From NCBI RefSeq assembly GCF_006345805.1, contig NC_043009.1, positions 63,674,001 through 63,738,000 of the forward strand: a stretch of DNA of 64,000 nt, read 5' to 3'. Shown in pieces: positions 1 through 10,632 of the stretch; the stretch's first letter is position 1, and each line of letters opens with the position of its first letter. A program made the translations under genes and the position numbers. The stretch comes from Octopus sinensis (taxonomy: Eukaryota). The notes below the pieces were generated by a model. The model was not told the DNA's origin, did no database searches, and worked only from the letters and a program-made list of their open reading frames with translations.

Positions 1-243
1 TACACTCACCAATATCTAAAGCTACTGATACGAACACTGTCAATTCCTAGAATTTGGAAGCTAAGTAAAATCATAACATTTCTAAGGCCCAACAAAATCC
101 CAACTGAAGTAACATTACACCCCTCCTAAGCACACCCTCATGTGCTTTTCCAAATCATAACATGGATCTGGAAGGCCTAGCCACCTTACTGTTACACGAC
201 AGCTTCAACAACAGAAAATAAACCTTCCATATGTATGTGTAAA

Positions 244-1323
244 CAGTAGCAAACAAAAAAAGGGAAGATCAATACTTTTTTAAATTTCGGAAAAGCTAGT
301 AAACACACAAATTCGCAATTGGTTTCATAAATACGGTTAACCATCAGCTAAATTCTGTGAAAAATCTAAGTTTGTACAACGGTCTTAATAAAAGTTAATA
401 ACACTAACACTAGTTTCATCCAAATGTCTCACATGCAAAATAAGAGAAAATTGAAACCAAAAAATGCTTCAATTGACTCAAAACCATAAAAATGAATGAA
501 AGAAATGTAAATAGGAACTTAATACAATTAGTGTGATGTTGGTAGACCTTGGTTGGAGATCACCTCTGCACATCAATTGCCACAAGACATAACAAGTTTC
601 CTACACAAGTCAGGTGTTACTTTCTTCCATTCCTCTTCTAATATCTCCCATAAATTCATCGTAGTAAGTAGTTGGTGCCCTTTGTGGTACTTTGTCTCCA
701 AGTATCTTCCAAAGGTTTTCAATTGGGTTCAAGTCTGGACTTTGTGCTGGCCACTTCATTGCTTGGATATTTTGTTCACTAAAGAATCCAGTGACACGTT
801 TTGCAGTATGACAAGGGGCATAATCTTGCATGAAAATGCACAGCTGATTCAGAAATGCTTGTAATGATGGGATCACAGGCTGTCTAACCAAATTCAAATA
901 GATATTAGCATTAATAATCCCTTTAATCTGCACTAGAGGGCCAACTCCTTCAGAAGAAATCATTACCCACACCATGACAACTTCCTCCTCCAAACTTGGC
1001 AGACTTCTTCAGCCTTTGGATTTTAGCCGATCTCCTCTGAAGCGCCTGACATACTCTCTACCATCTGAACCTACTACAATGTTTGAAATTTCCAGAAATT
1101 TCTGAAGGAATCTAATCATTCTCTTATTTTGCACATGAGACATTTGGACAAAACTAATGTATGTGTTATTAACTTTTATTAAGACCATAGTAAAATATTA
1201 GGTTTTCCCCCATAATTTAGCTAACAGTTTAACTGTATTTACGAAACCAATTACGAATTTGTACATTCACAAGCTTTTCCAACATTTAAAAAAATATTAA
1301 TTGTTCTCTTTTTTAGCTTGCTA

Positions 1324-1326
<3 letters not shown>
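244..1326 (-). mobile_element. Internally deleted Tc1/mariner element with long (~210 bp) diverged terminal inverted repeats
   Basis: CAGTAGC end at 244 and GCTACTG+TA end at 1326. About 244-450 is an imperfect reverse complement of about 1115-1326. ORF 610..993 encodes the DD34E C-terminal part (MQDYAPCH...SPDLNPIENLW). Confidence 0.85.
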
Positions 1327-1368
<42 letters not shown>

Positions 1369-2309
1369 ATATACTTAAAATAAATTCAGTACAAGGAAAA
1401 CCAATTTTTGTATATATACACACACACATTGGATTGGATTGGATTGCCTATGTTCAGTCAACTGCAGGATGAAGGCCTCAGCATATTCTTTCCACCAACT
1501 GCAGTCTGATGAGGGGGCCATGAACTTGAGTTTCAGATTATACTGGTTCGATGAGCTTACTCAGCCACACTGGCTCATAATGGCTCGGCAGAGGGGTGTA
1601 ATTTTTTTTTTATACTCTTACCCAGGATTAGTATACTCTTATCCAGGAGTAGTTATTACATTGACCCCAGTGCTCAACTGGTACTTATTTTATCAACTCC
1701 GAAAGGATAAAAGGCAAAGTCGGCCTCAGCAGAATTTGAATGTATGAATGGACGAAATACTGAATGTATGAATGGACGAAATACTGTGAAGCATTTCGCC
1801 TGGTGTGCTAACAATTCAGCCACCTCAACACCTTAATTATATTTTACATATTTATATTTACATATCACATATTTTTAGACATTAAGAAAATCTCAAATGT
1901 AGGAGAATAATTGTGAAAACAGCTTTAGAAAATTGGGTAAAGTATCCCTATAAACAGAAAAGGTGTTGGGAAGGGCATCCAGCTGTAGAAACCTTGCTAG
2001 ATTGGATTGGATAAGCCTTCTGGCTTGCCAGTCTTCAGTCAAACCGTCCTACCCATGCCAGCATGGAAAACGGACGTTAAACGATGATGATGATGATGAC
2101 GATGATGATGATGAATGCCTTGCATTAGTTGAAAGATTTTAGGAGTGGTCTATATTTTCAGCTAAGCTAATCAGTTATGTAGAATTATCTCCCTTGGCTC
2201 TTAAACTGCTTGCATTACTACAAACAGTTCAGCCGGTGTGTAATTCAAGTAAATTAAAATAAAACAAATATTTGACAAAGCCACATGGAAGTCAGACACA
2301 GTAACTCAC

Positions 2310-2348
2310 CATTAAAAATCCAAGGCATTTCATATACCAGCATTAATC
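2310..2348 (-). CDS. MOSPD2: MOSPD2-like coding exon 7 (GLMLVYEMPWIFN); gene continues off the left edge
   Basis: tttcttacAG acceptor and GTGAGT donor; 39 nt. Matches the CRAL-TRIO motif x-MPW-x-x-N (recalled MOSPD2 IVIFDMPWLMN). Confidence 0.9.
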
Positions 2349-2828
2349 CTGTAAGAAACATAAAGAAATACAACTTAGATTAAAGGGAACGAGGTGGAAA
2401 CAGTTATAAAGAAAACAGACTTTCTTTTACCATTAGGATTCTTTAAAGCTAGCAAAAAATACATTAGCTACAATAAAAAGTGATCCCTTTTTAGCTTTAA
2501 AATATTCCTACAAAACACCACAGCAATATAATACAGTTTGATCCCACATGATGATCCTTAAAGATTGTACCAACAGTGTAATCCATTAAAAAATTAATCC
2601 AGCAGTATGACCCCTATAAACCATTCCAATATTACAAGCAATTTGATCATTATAAATTACCCCTGTGTTACAATACAATGTGGTTGGTATATATTACCCA
2701 TGACCCTTAAGAATTAATAAACATGATCACTAACCATGTATAGGTTAAGGAAAACAAGGATAGAAGTTATTTCTTTGTCGAAGTTAACTGTTAACAAACC
2801 CCGTGTCGTTAAGACAGAAAATACTCAC

Positions 2829-2889
2829 CTAAAATACATGGGTAGTTAGATTTGAAACAGTTTATGCAAAATCTGATGAAGTCCATGTC
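2829..2889 (-). CDS. MOSPD2: MOSPD2-like coding exon 6 (DMDFIRFCINCFKSNYPCIL)
   Basis: catttcAG acceptor and GTGAGT donor; 61 nt. Nearly identical in pattern to recalled MOSPD2 DMDFVRFIINCFKVYYPKYL. Confidence 0.92.
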
Positions 2890-3039
2890 CTGAAATGATA
2901 TTGAGATATCATGTAGGATCGTTTGTAACAATATGGTGGTAACAAGCCCCACTCTTTCTCTCTCGACTTTTTATAATCAAGCAACCCTCACCTTATTCTC
3001 ACAAACTGCTGCCGCCACCATCTTGGGCATTAAACACAC

Positions 3040-3530
3040 ACTGAACAGAAATAAACAGCTACAAAACAGTTACTGAACAAATCTAAACAGCAGCAAAACA
3101 GATACTTAACAGTTTAAACCACAAATCAAACAAAACAGATATTGAACAGATGTCAACAGTAACAGAAACAGATGCTTAACAGATGTAGACACCAATGAAA
3201 CAGATCTTTTTAACACAGAGACAGTAACAAAACAGATACTGAATACATGTAGAGAGCAACAAAATAGATAATTAACAGATTATCCAGTAACAAAACAGAT
3301 ACTTAACAGTTTAAACCACAAAGCAACAAAACAGATATTGACCAGATGTCAACAGTAACAGAAACAGATGTTTAACAGATGCAGACACCAACAAAACAGA
3401 TCTTTTTAACACAGAGACAGTAACAAAACAGATACTGAATACATGTAGAGAGCAACAAAATAGATAATTAATAGATTATCTAGTAACAAAACAGATATTT
3501 AACAGATGCATACTGAAACAAAAGAGAGAT
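3040..3530. repeat. Intronic higher-order tandem repeat (197-bp period built from ~28-bp AACAGAT subunits)
   Basis: GATACTTAACAGTTTAAACCACAAA at 3101 and 3298; about 2.2 copies. Confidence 0.8.
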
Positions 3531-3616
3531 AATGGCTGATGCCAGCCGTCTGAAACCCGATTGAAATTACCTGAGGTAGCAAAAAATCAAAAGAGAAAAT
3601 CACAAAAGGGAATTAC

Positions 3617-3774
3617 CAAATTCGCAAGCCCAGCACCATCCATATCAAACAACAGCATTAGTGGTTCACCAGGGTTTTCTTGAAAGGCTTTTTCTATGTG
3701 CCAAGCAAAGAACTTTTTCACCGTCAGCAGATAGTGACTGTCACCTTTGCGGTGCAATTTAACTTGGGTGATCA
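3617..3774 (-). CDS. MOSPD2: MOSPD2-like coding exon 5 (CRAL-TRIO core)
   Basis: ttttgtttgcAG acceptor and GTAATT donor; 158 nt, phase 1 to 0. Encodes ITQVKLHRKG...PLMLLFDMDGAGLANL, with the typical CRAL-TRIO FD-x-x-G-x-G-L-x-N motif. Overlaps ORF 3587..3784. Confidence 0.92.
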
Positions 3775-4394
3775 CTGCAAACAAAACAGAATTTACTTCA
3801 ACAAAATAATGCTATCAGATATTTACAGATAACTCTTACATACATCTCTATTTTTTTGTTCTTTTAATCCACTGGTAGACAGTATCAACCAGTGGAATTT
3901 GTTGTTGAGACAGAAAAGAATTTCAAACTTATGAAATTGTCTATATTGTGTAATGAATTCACTAAATATTTTAAATAATTTATCAACTTTAAAATCTCTT
4001 TTCAATAGCACAATCTACACAAGCAGTTCGCAACCTTATCCCTCAAGCATCCTTTCTGACGACCCTTGAAAGTCTTCTTTCTATGATTATAATAAATTTC
4101 TCTTTAATTGGGTTGTGCTTTATTTTTATTGGTGCAGCCCTCCCGAAAAAATCCAGGTTTTGGATTTGCCAGAGATATTAAAAATATTGAGAACCACTGA
4201 CCTAAAGAGTTAACTTTTTATATACAGCAGTATACACAATCATAAAAGCTTTCAGGTGCAACAGTTTATATAAGCAGAGTCTTTTTTTGATAGAACAATG
4301 CATACAAATACATCTTTGATACAGCAGTCCACAGCAGTATAATCTCTTTTTGATATAACACTTTAAATAAATATAGCTCTGTTTTGTTTTTTTA

Positions 4395-4917
4395 CATAAA
4401 AAGCACCATCCGATCGTGGCCGTTACCAGCCTCACCTGGCCCCCATGCTGGTTGCACGTAAAAAGCACCATCTGATCGTGGTCGTTGCCAGCCTCGCCTC
4501 GCCCCCGTGCCGGTGGCACGTAAAAAGCACCTTCCAATCGTGGCCGTTGCCAGTCTCGCCTGGCACGTAAAAAGCACCATCCGATCGTGGCTGTTGCCAG
4601 CCTTACCTGGCCCCCGTGCCGGTGGCACATAAAAAGCACCATCCGATCGTGTCCATTGCCAGCCTTGCCTGGCCCCCGTGCCGGTGGCACGTAAAAAGCA
4701 CCATCCGACCCTGGCCGTTTGCCAGCCCCATCTGGCAACTGTGCCGGTGGCATGTAAAAAGCACCCACTACACTCACGGAGTGGTTGGTGTTAGGAAGGG
4801 CATCCAGCTATAGAAACATTGCCAGATCAGACTGGGCCTGGTGCAGCCTTCTGGTTGAACCGTCCAACCATGCTAGCATGGAAAGCGGACGCTAAATGAT
4901 GATGATGATAATGATGA
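4395..4917 (+). mobile_element. 3' UTR fragment of an RTE LINE (family B) with an internal 62-bp tandem repeat and (GAT)n tail
   Basis: AAGCACC anchors at 4401, 4463, 4525, 4572, 4634, 4696 and 4759, then AAGGGCATCCAG...CATGGAAAGCGGACG..(GAT)n. The same UTR is contiguous with RTE ORF2-end sequence at ~11170-11460 and ~45385-45720. Confidence 0.75.
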
Positions 4918-5680
4918 TATATAAAGGATGTGTTCACTGGGCCAGTTCAATAGAATAGTCTAAACAAATCCTTTGTGTGGAGTACAATTTCTTCATCAAC
5001 ATCTATTAAAATGAGTAACGAATTCAGATGGCAGAAAGCATCAATGCTAGTTTCAGTAAATGACCACTCACTGGTCAAAGTTGAATATGTTCTATGCTAA
5101 AACACCTCTAGTCTCTTCCACACGCTTAGCATTGCAATGATATTCACATGACATGTCCTACTCTGTGGTCTGAAGAACTTTTGCCAGTCTACACTCAGAG
5201 TTCGACTCAGAAAGGATTATGCTGTTACCCACGTAGTTTTGGTTTCCAAATCTTCTTGCAACATTTCAGAAGAATTCTGACTAATGACTAATTAGATAAT
5301 ATTAATCAGAAATGAGGATATTTACTAATCCAGATGTTCGTTTATTCTAATACCAAAATGATATCTAACAAACCAAAATATTCTTTGTTTTACATTCAAA
5401 TTCCTGAAGTGTGACCACTAAACCATTCCAGTCCTGATTTGGGTATTCACCAGGAACCAACTATATTAGTTCAGCCAATCTTCACAATGCCCCATCTTGA
5501 CAAAACAGCTCAAGAGAATCCTAATTATTTAAATATAAATCTGACTTAACTCAGATATATCATAAAAAATGGCACGGCAGCAACAGAAATGCACAAAACC
5601 AGTAGTAATTGAACATTTTGCTTAACATAAAACTTCAGATAATTCCAGAAGTATTTGTTAAAATAATGGAATCTACTCAC

Positions 5681-5767
5681 AGACTTTGTGTCCATCTTTG
5701 TCTGTATTATGGAAAAATATTGCACGTTGTTCCCACATTTTATCATCAAAGGTATCGTCCGATAAAT
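5681..5767 (-). CDS. MOSPD2: MOSPD2-like coding exon 4
   Basis: ttttgctttcAG acceptor and GTGAGT donor; 87 nt, phase 1 to 1. Encodes (D)LSDDTFDDKMWEQRAIFFHNTDKDGHKV, with the CRAL-TRIO H-x-x-D-K-x-G motif. Not listed in this frame in the ORF track. Confidence 0.9.
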
Positions 5768-6167
5768 CTGAAAGCAAAATGGAAGCGAATTAAATTACAA
5801 TATATAACCCGTTACTATAATTCTTCAACCAATGCGTTCGTGACCAAGCTGGAGCACATTTGAAGGCCAGTCGCCTATCATTTCAAGATGATGAGCCTTT
5901 AGAGCAGGCATGGGGCAACTTTTCTTGAGAAGCAGGCCACAAGGCCACATGAGACATGGCTCATCATCACAAGCCACACTTCTAAAAAAAGTTCAAAGAT
6001 AATTTTTCATTAGCCATGCCATTCAGAAAGTGCCACAGGTTGCAGTTTTCCCAGGACTGGTTTAGAATGACCAATGACTAGCAAATCTCCAACACTGGTG
6101 TTCACAGTGCTTATGTCGATATTCTCTGAAAATACCAATGTTGAGAGTGTGTTTTTTTTTTCTTTCT

Positions 6168-6562
6168 TTTTCTTTTACTTGTTTCTGTCATTTGACTGCG
6201 GCCATGCTGGAGCACCGCCTCTAGTCGAGCAAATCGACCCCAGGACTTATTCTTTGTAAGCCCAGTACTTATTCTATCGGTCTCTTTTGCCGAACCGCTA
6301 AGTGACGGGGACGTAAACACACCAGCATCGGTTGTCAAGCAATGCTAGGGGGACAAACAGAGACATACACACACATATATATATATATATACATATATAC
6401 GACAGGCTTCTTTCAGTTTCCGTCTACCAAATCCACTCACAAGGCATTGGTCGGCCCAGGGCTATAGCAGAAGACACTTGCCCAAGATGCCACACAGTGG
6501 GACTGAACCTGGAACCATGTGGTTGGTTAGCAAGCTACTTACCACACAGCCACTCCTGCGCC
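6168..6562 (-). mobile_element. tRNA-derived SINE, family A (CORE-like CCTTGGGCAAGT segment, internal TA/CA microsatellite)
   Basis: A-box-like TGGCTGTGTGG and B-box-like GGTTCAGTCCC on the minus strand, with a GTAAAAG-type tail. Shares diagnostic variants with the 12936-13342 copy. Confidence 0.85.
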
Positions 6563-6721
6563 TGTGTCTATATTTACGTTGACATTATCTTGTGTATATT
6601 CTTGACTTAAAATCCTTTCATTTTCTAAAGTCCGTTTCTTCCTTTTGGCATTTTATTTGCTTTTCAACTCCATCTGAGCAAATTACTTCAATAGATAATC
6701 ATTATTAAAATTTCCTAAGAA

Positions 6722-7107
6722 CAGGCACACCTGTATGGTAAGAAGTTTGCTTCCCAGCCACGTGGTTCTGGGTTCAGTTCCACTGCATGGCACCTTGGGC
6801 AAGTGTCTTCTACTACAGCTTTGGGCCAACCAAAACCTTGTGAGTGGACTTGGTAGAGAGGAAACTGAAAGAATCCCATCATGTGTGTGTGTGTGGGTGG
6901 GTGTATTGTTTGTGTCTGACCCCCCCACCACCACTACCACTACCACTTGAAAACTGGTGCTGGTGCTGGTGCTGGTTTGTTTACAGCTCAGTAACTTAGC
7001 AGTTCAGCAAAGTACCAGACTTCAAAAAATAAATACTACTCAACTAAAAGCCCTCCAAGATGGTGCTCCAGCCTGGACACAGCCTAATGACTGAAACGAG
7101 TGAAACA
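6722..7107 (+). mobile_element. Family A SINE (older copy)
   Basis: Same head, body and tail layout, more diverged; oriented opposite to 6168-6562. Confidence 0.75.
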
Positions 7108-9309
7108 ATAAGTCTAAGTATACCTTGTGCCAATCAGCCACCACCACCGCCCACTTAAACATTTACCTTTGTCCATTTTCTTACTGGACTGGTCCTCAAA
7201 ATGAACAATCGGTAACATTAAGGTCAGCTTGTCCAAAATTAAACAAGTCTTATTTCAAAGTGACTCAGATCCTCACTTCGGTCCCCTTCTTTGATAATTA
7301 TCAGACACCAACCAGCCTCCTACTTTCGACCCCAATCTCCAGCTTGTAACCATGACTATGTGCCTTCTTAGAGAATGCCCCACCATTTACCATAATTCTA
7401 ATTACCCCCAGATTGTCTTAGATTGTATTATCTTAGCTGAAATAAGGAAAGAGGATTTCAAGTTTTTACTGATAAGCATCTAGACAGCAACACAAACCCT
7501 TAAACTGATTTAAGGTGAAAGGATTGACGCTAATAATTTATATGTTTTAACTATAACAATACAGAATATTCTCCTGACGTTTCTGTTAAATTAGTGGAGG
7601 CTAAAAACCAAAATTGTGACATGATAATAATAATAATAATGAAGAAAAGAAGTATTTAATGTTTTGAGTTGAGTCTTTCAGGAAAGGGAGGAGGAAGCGT
7701 AGGGGAAGAGGCAGAAATGATGAGGTAAGGAGGACAAGGTGTTGCAAAATATTACACTGGATGCTTTACTGTTTCCACTGATGGAGGTTAATCAGTCTTT
7801 TAAGCCCATCCTTTGTACTTTTAGCTGAATTATATATTGGTTGGTGCAGACATGGCTGTGTGGTTAAGAAGCTAGTTTTACTAGTAAGCAATTTCGAGTT
7901 CAGTCCCACTGCATGGCACCTTGAGCACATGATGCTAGACCAACTAATGGCTTGTGAGTGAACTTGGTAGATGGAAAATCATCATCATTTAAAAATTTGC
8001 AAGTATACATACATACATACATACATACATACATACACACATGCATATACATATATGTAAGGGTAAAGATCCCCTTCTATTACAAATGACCGCGGGACTA
8101 CTCCTAGAAAGTTCCCCTCTGATGCGCAAGTCTGGGCAAGGTTGTTTATGGAAGGCCAGTAGTCACCTGTGCATACCAGCCCCAGCTTTCTATGCCACCG
8201 ATTTTATCCAAAGGAAAGGCAAAAGCCAATACAGCTTGGTGCCAGTGATGTCACAACTCATCCCTACGGCTGAGGAAACTGGAGCAACGTGAAATAAAGT
8301 GTTTTGCTCAAAAACACAACACACAGCTCAGTCCAGGAATTGAACTCACAACCTCATGATTGTAAGCCTGACACTCTAACCACTGAGCTATGCACCTTCA
8401 CAATATGTTGTGTGTGTGTGTGTGTGTGTGTGTGCTAGGGAAGATTTTTTGTTATATATATATTAAAAGTACTGGAACAGATCTGTTCAGATGAACCCTG
8501 CAAGGTGGTGCTCCAGCAAGGCCACAGTCCAGTGACTGAAACAAGTAAAAGATAAAAAAAAGAAGAAGAATCCCCAGGTGGCACAGAGATATTTGACTCA
8601 AGACTTCAGTTTCAGTTCAAGGTTTTTCTTTCAATTTGCCACACCTTCCGAAAACAGACAATTCACTTCAAAACGAGACCATGAATTCAACCCTGGACAT
8701 GCTGGACTTCGCTGTTATATACGACAGATAAGGGTTATATATCCCCTGTTATATACGAAAGATAAGGGTTCCGCAATTTTTTCCTTGTTGAATAATCTGC
8801 ACTGATTATTTGTTTATATCGATCAAACATTTGTGTTGTACATTATCTCACGTCTTCCATCAAATCGGCATTGCTTGTACAGGTGCACAGGTGTGCCACA
8901 TGTTAGATGTCAAAGTGATTACAGAGCAACATGGGATGGAGTCTTTTGATGAAGAACACAGTGCACCGCCCAGTCCAGGAACTGAAACCACAATCTTGCG
9001 ATCACAAGTGCAATACCCTAACCACTGGGTCATATGCTTTCCACAGTCCATCATAAATAGGTCAGGAAAAGAGGTAAGGAGTAAAAGCTGATTACAATCA
9101 GGAAGTAGGACGAACATACAGGTGATAAGAGCAGAAAAAATGAGGTTAACAGAAACGAAAAAAGACACAGTAATTAATCTGTTAAGGACTTGGCTTAAAA
9201 ATACAGATATAGACCTGATTGTTATAGGTTCAAATATCACCAGGAATGTTATTCTTTAAGGATAAATAAAGTCTCTAAGATTAATTCAATATTTTTTCTA
9301 TTTCTTTTT

Positions 9310-9418
9310 ATGTTGTTGTTGTTATTATTATTATTATTATTCAGGTCACTGCTTGGAATCGAAGTCAAAATCTTGGGGTTAGTAGCCCACACTCTTAACC
9401 ACTATACCATATGCCCGC
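9310..9418 (-). mobile_element. Inverted partial family E copy (head plus AAT/AAC tract), head-to-head with the 9420 copy
   Basis: Reverse complement of GCGGGCATATGG..AGTGGTTAAGAG..GGGCTACTAACCCCAAGATT..TTCGATTCCAAGCAGTGACCTGAAT(AAT)n. Confidence 0.75.
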
Positions 9419-9535
9419 AGCATATGGCACAGTGGTTTATATTTTGAGTTACATATATATGGGTGGCACCAAAATAGGTGGTCAAGAGCATGGGCTACTA
9501 ACTCCAAAATTCCGAGTTTGATTCCAAGCAGTGAT

Positions 9536-9588
<53 letters not shown>

Positions 9589-9639
9589 CAACATTGAAAA
9601 ATACCTCAGGAATGAGAACCCAGGATCGAAACTTCCCCA

Positions 9640-9686
9640 AGACACCTGATGAAGGCTGGAGGGTATATCAGCCGAAACGTTGTGCT
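9640..9686 (+). ncRNA. Minimal type I hammerhead ribozyme motif (Penelope-type)
   Basis: AGACAC-CTGATGA(9646-9652)-A-GGCTG/loop/CAGCC-GAAAC-GTT-GTGCT. Stem II is 5-6 bp, stem III is the palindromic AACGTT, and stem I is CAC/GTG with a possible extension. Confidence 0.65.
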
Positions 9687-9725
9687 AACAACAAATAAAA
9701 TGAGGATAAATATCCGTCAAATGTA

Positions 9726-9768
<43 letters not shown>

Positions 9769-9776
9769 TAATAATA

Positions 9777-9814
<38 letters not shown>

Positions 9815-9828
9815 AATAATAATAATAA

Positions 9829-9867
<39 letters not shown>

Positions 9868-9918
9868 CAACATTGAAAAATACCTCAGGAATGAGAACCC
9901 AGGATCGAAATTTCCCCA

Positions 9919-9964
9919 AGACACCTGATGAAGGCTGGAGGGTGTATCAGCCAAACGTTGCGTT
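9919..9964 (+). ncRNA. Decayed hammerhead motif (G12 of GAAA lost)
   Basis: CTGATGA 9925-9931, AGGCTG...CAGCC, then AAACGTT instead of GAAACGTT; 279 bp downstream of the first motif. Confidence 0.5.
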
Positions 9965-10080
9965 GACAACAAACAAGATGAGGACAATTATCCGTCAAAT
10001 GTAAATAATGTACATAATTCCTCATCTCTTAAATATAGAACAGAAATCAATGTATTTCATTATAAAGTAACAATACTTGC

Positions 10081-10245
10081 CATTTATTTGGTATTCCATC
10101 CTCCATTTTAATGACTCGTGAATTAAGGAGGCAACTTCTTCAACTTTGGCTTTAGGCTGGTGTCTGCAGTAGAGCTCCAAGAGAAAATCATCGGTCTTAA
10201 TCCGTTCCAAATCTCGGTCATCGTAGCAACCTTTCTCAATGTTAT
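10081..10245 (-). CDS. MOSPD2: MOSPD2-like coding exon 3 (CRAL-TRIO N-terminal part)
   Basis: ttctttgtAG acceptor; 165 nt. Encodes NIEKGCYDDRDLERIKTDD...ESLKWRMEYQIN, matching recalled MOSPD2 YDARDVERLQQDD...ESFQWRK. Ends at a G|GCAAGT donor. Confidence 0.9.
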
Positions 10246-10632
10246 CTACAAAGAAATAAAATAACCAGACATGTAAGTATTTCCTACAGTGTAGTATATA
10301 TGTAGGGGTGTGTGGCTAAGTGGTCACAGTGTTGGAATTGTGATCGTAAGATTGTGATTTCAATTCTTGGGCCAGGCGACGTGTTGTGTTTTTGAGCCAA
10401 ACACTTCATTTCAAGTCGCTCCGGTCCACTCAGCTGGCAAAAATGAGTAATTCTGTGACAGACTGGTGTCCCATCCGGTCGGAGGTGGATGGAATATACA
10501 CATCGTGGAAACCAGGAAACTGACACCATGGGTCTATATGACTGGACAAGGATCACAGAGTTGTAAATATTGAGGGCATCTATCATGGGCGGAGGTTGTA
10601 ACAGTGTAAGAGACACTGGCCTGAGTTGCATG

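Larger units (their letters stand above)
9420..10050 (+). mobile_element. tRNA-headed SINE-like element (family E) with tandem-duplicated hammerhead-bearing tail
   Basis: tRNA-like head (GGCACAGTGG...GAGTTTGATTCC), then (AAT)n, tail unit 1 (~9590-9728), (AAT)n(GAT)n, and tail unit 2 (~9865-10050). Confidence 0.75.

Noticed and set aside
10-46. Possible next MOSPD2 exon (AG at 48-47, GTGAG at 9-5)
   Set aside because: No frame gives the expected continuation of CRAL-TRIO (AA-x-KIVK-type). The true next exon probably lies outside the window.
553-864. 103-aa plus-strand ORF
   Set aside because: It is the antisense shadow of the Tc1 transposase fragment.
4202-4777. 191-aa minus-strand repetitive ORF
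   Set aside because: It is the antisense translation of the 62-bp UTR repeat of the LINE.
9420-9540. tRNA genes (here and at other SINE heads)
   Set aside because: Only A/B-box remnants without a full cloverleaf, always fused to repeat bodies.
10075-10076. Canonical GT donor for exon 3
   Set aside because: It gives phase 2 and a premature stop in exon 4; the GC donor preserves frame and homology.
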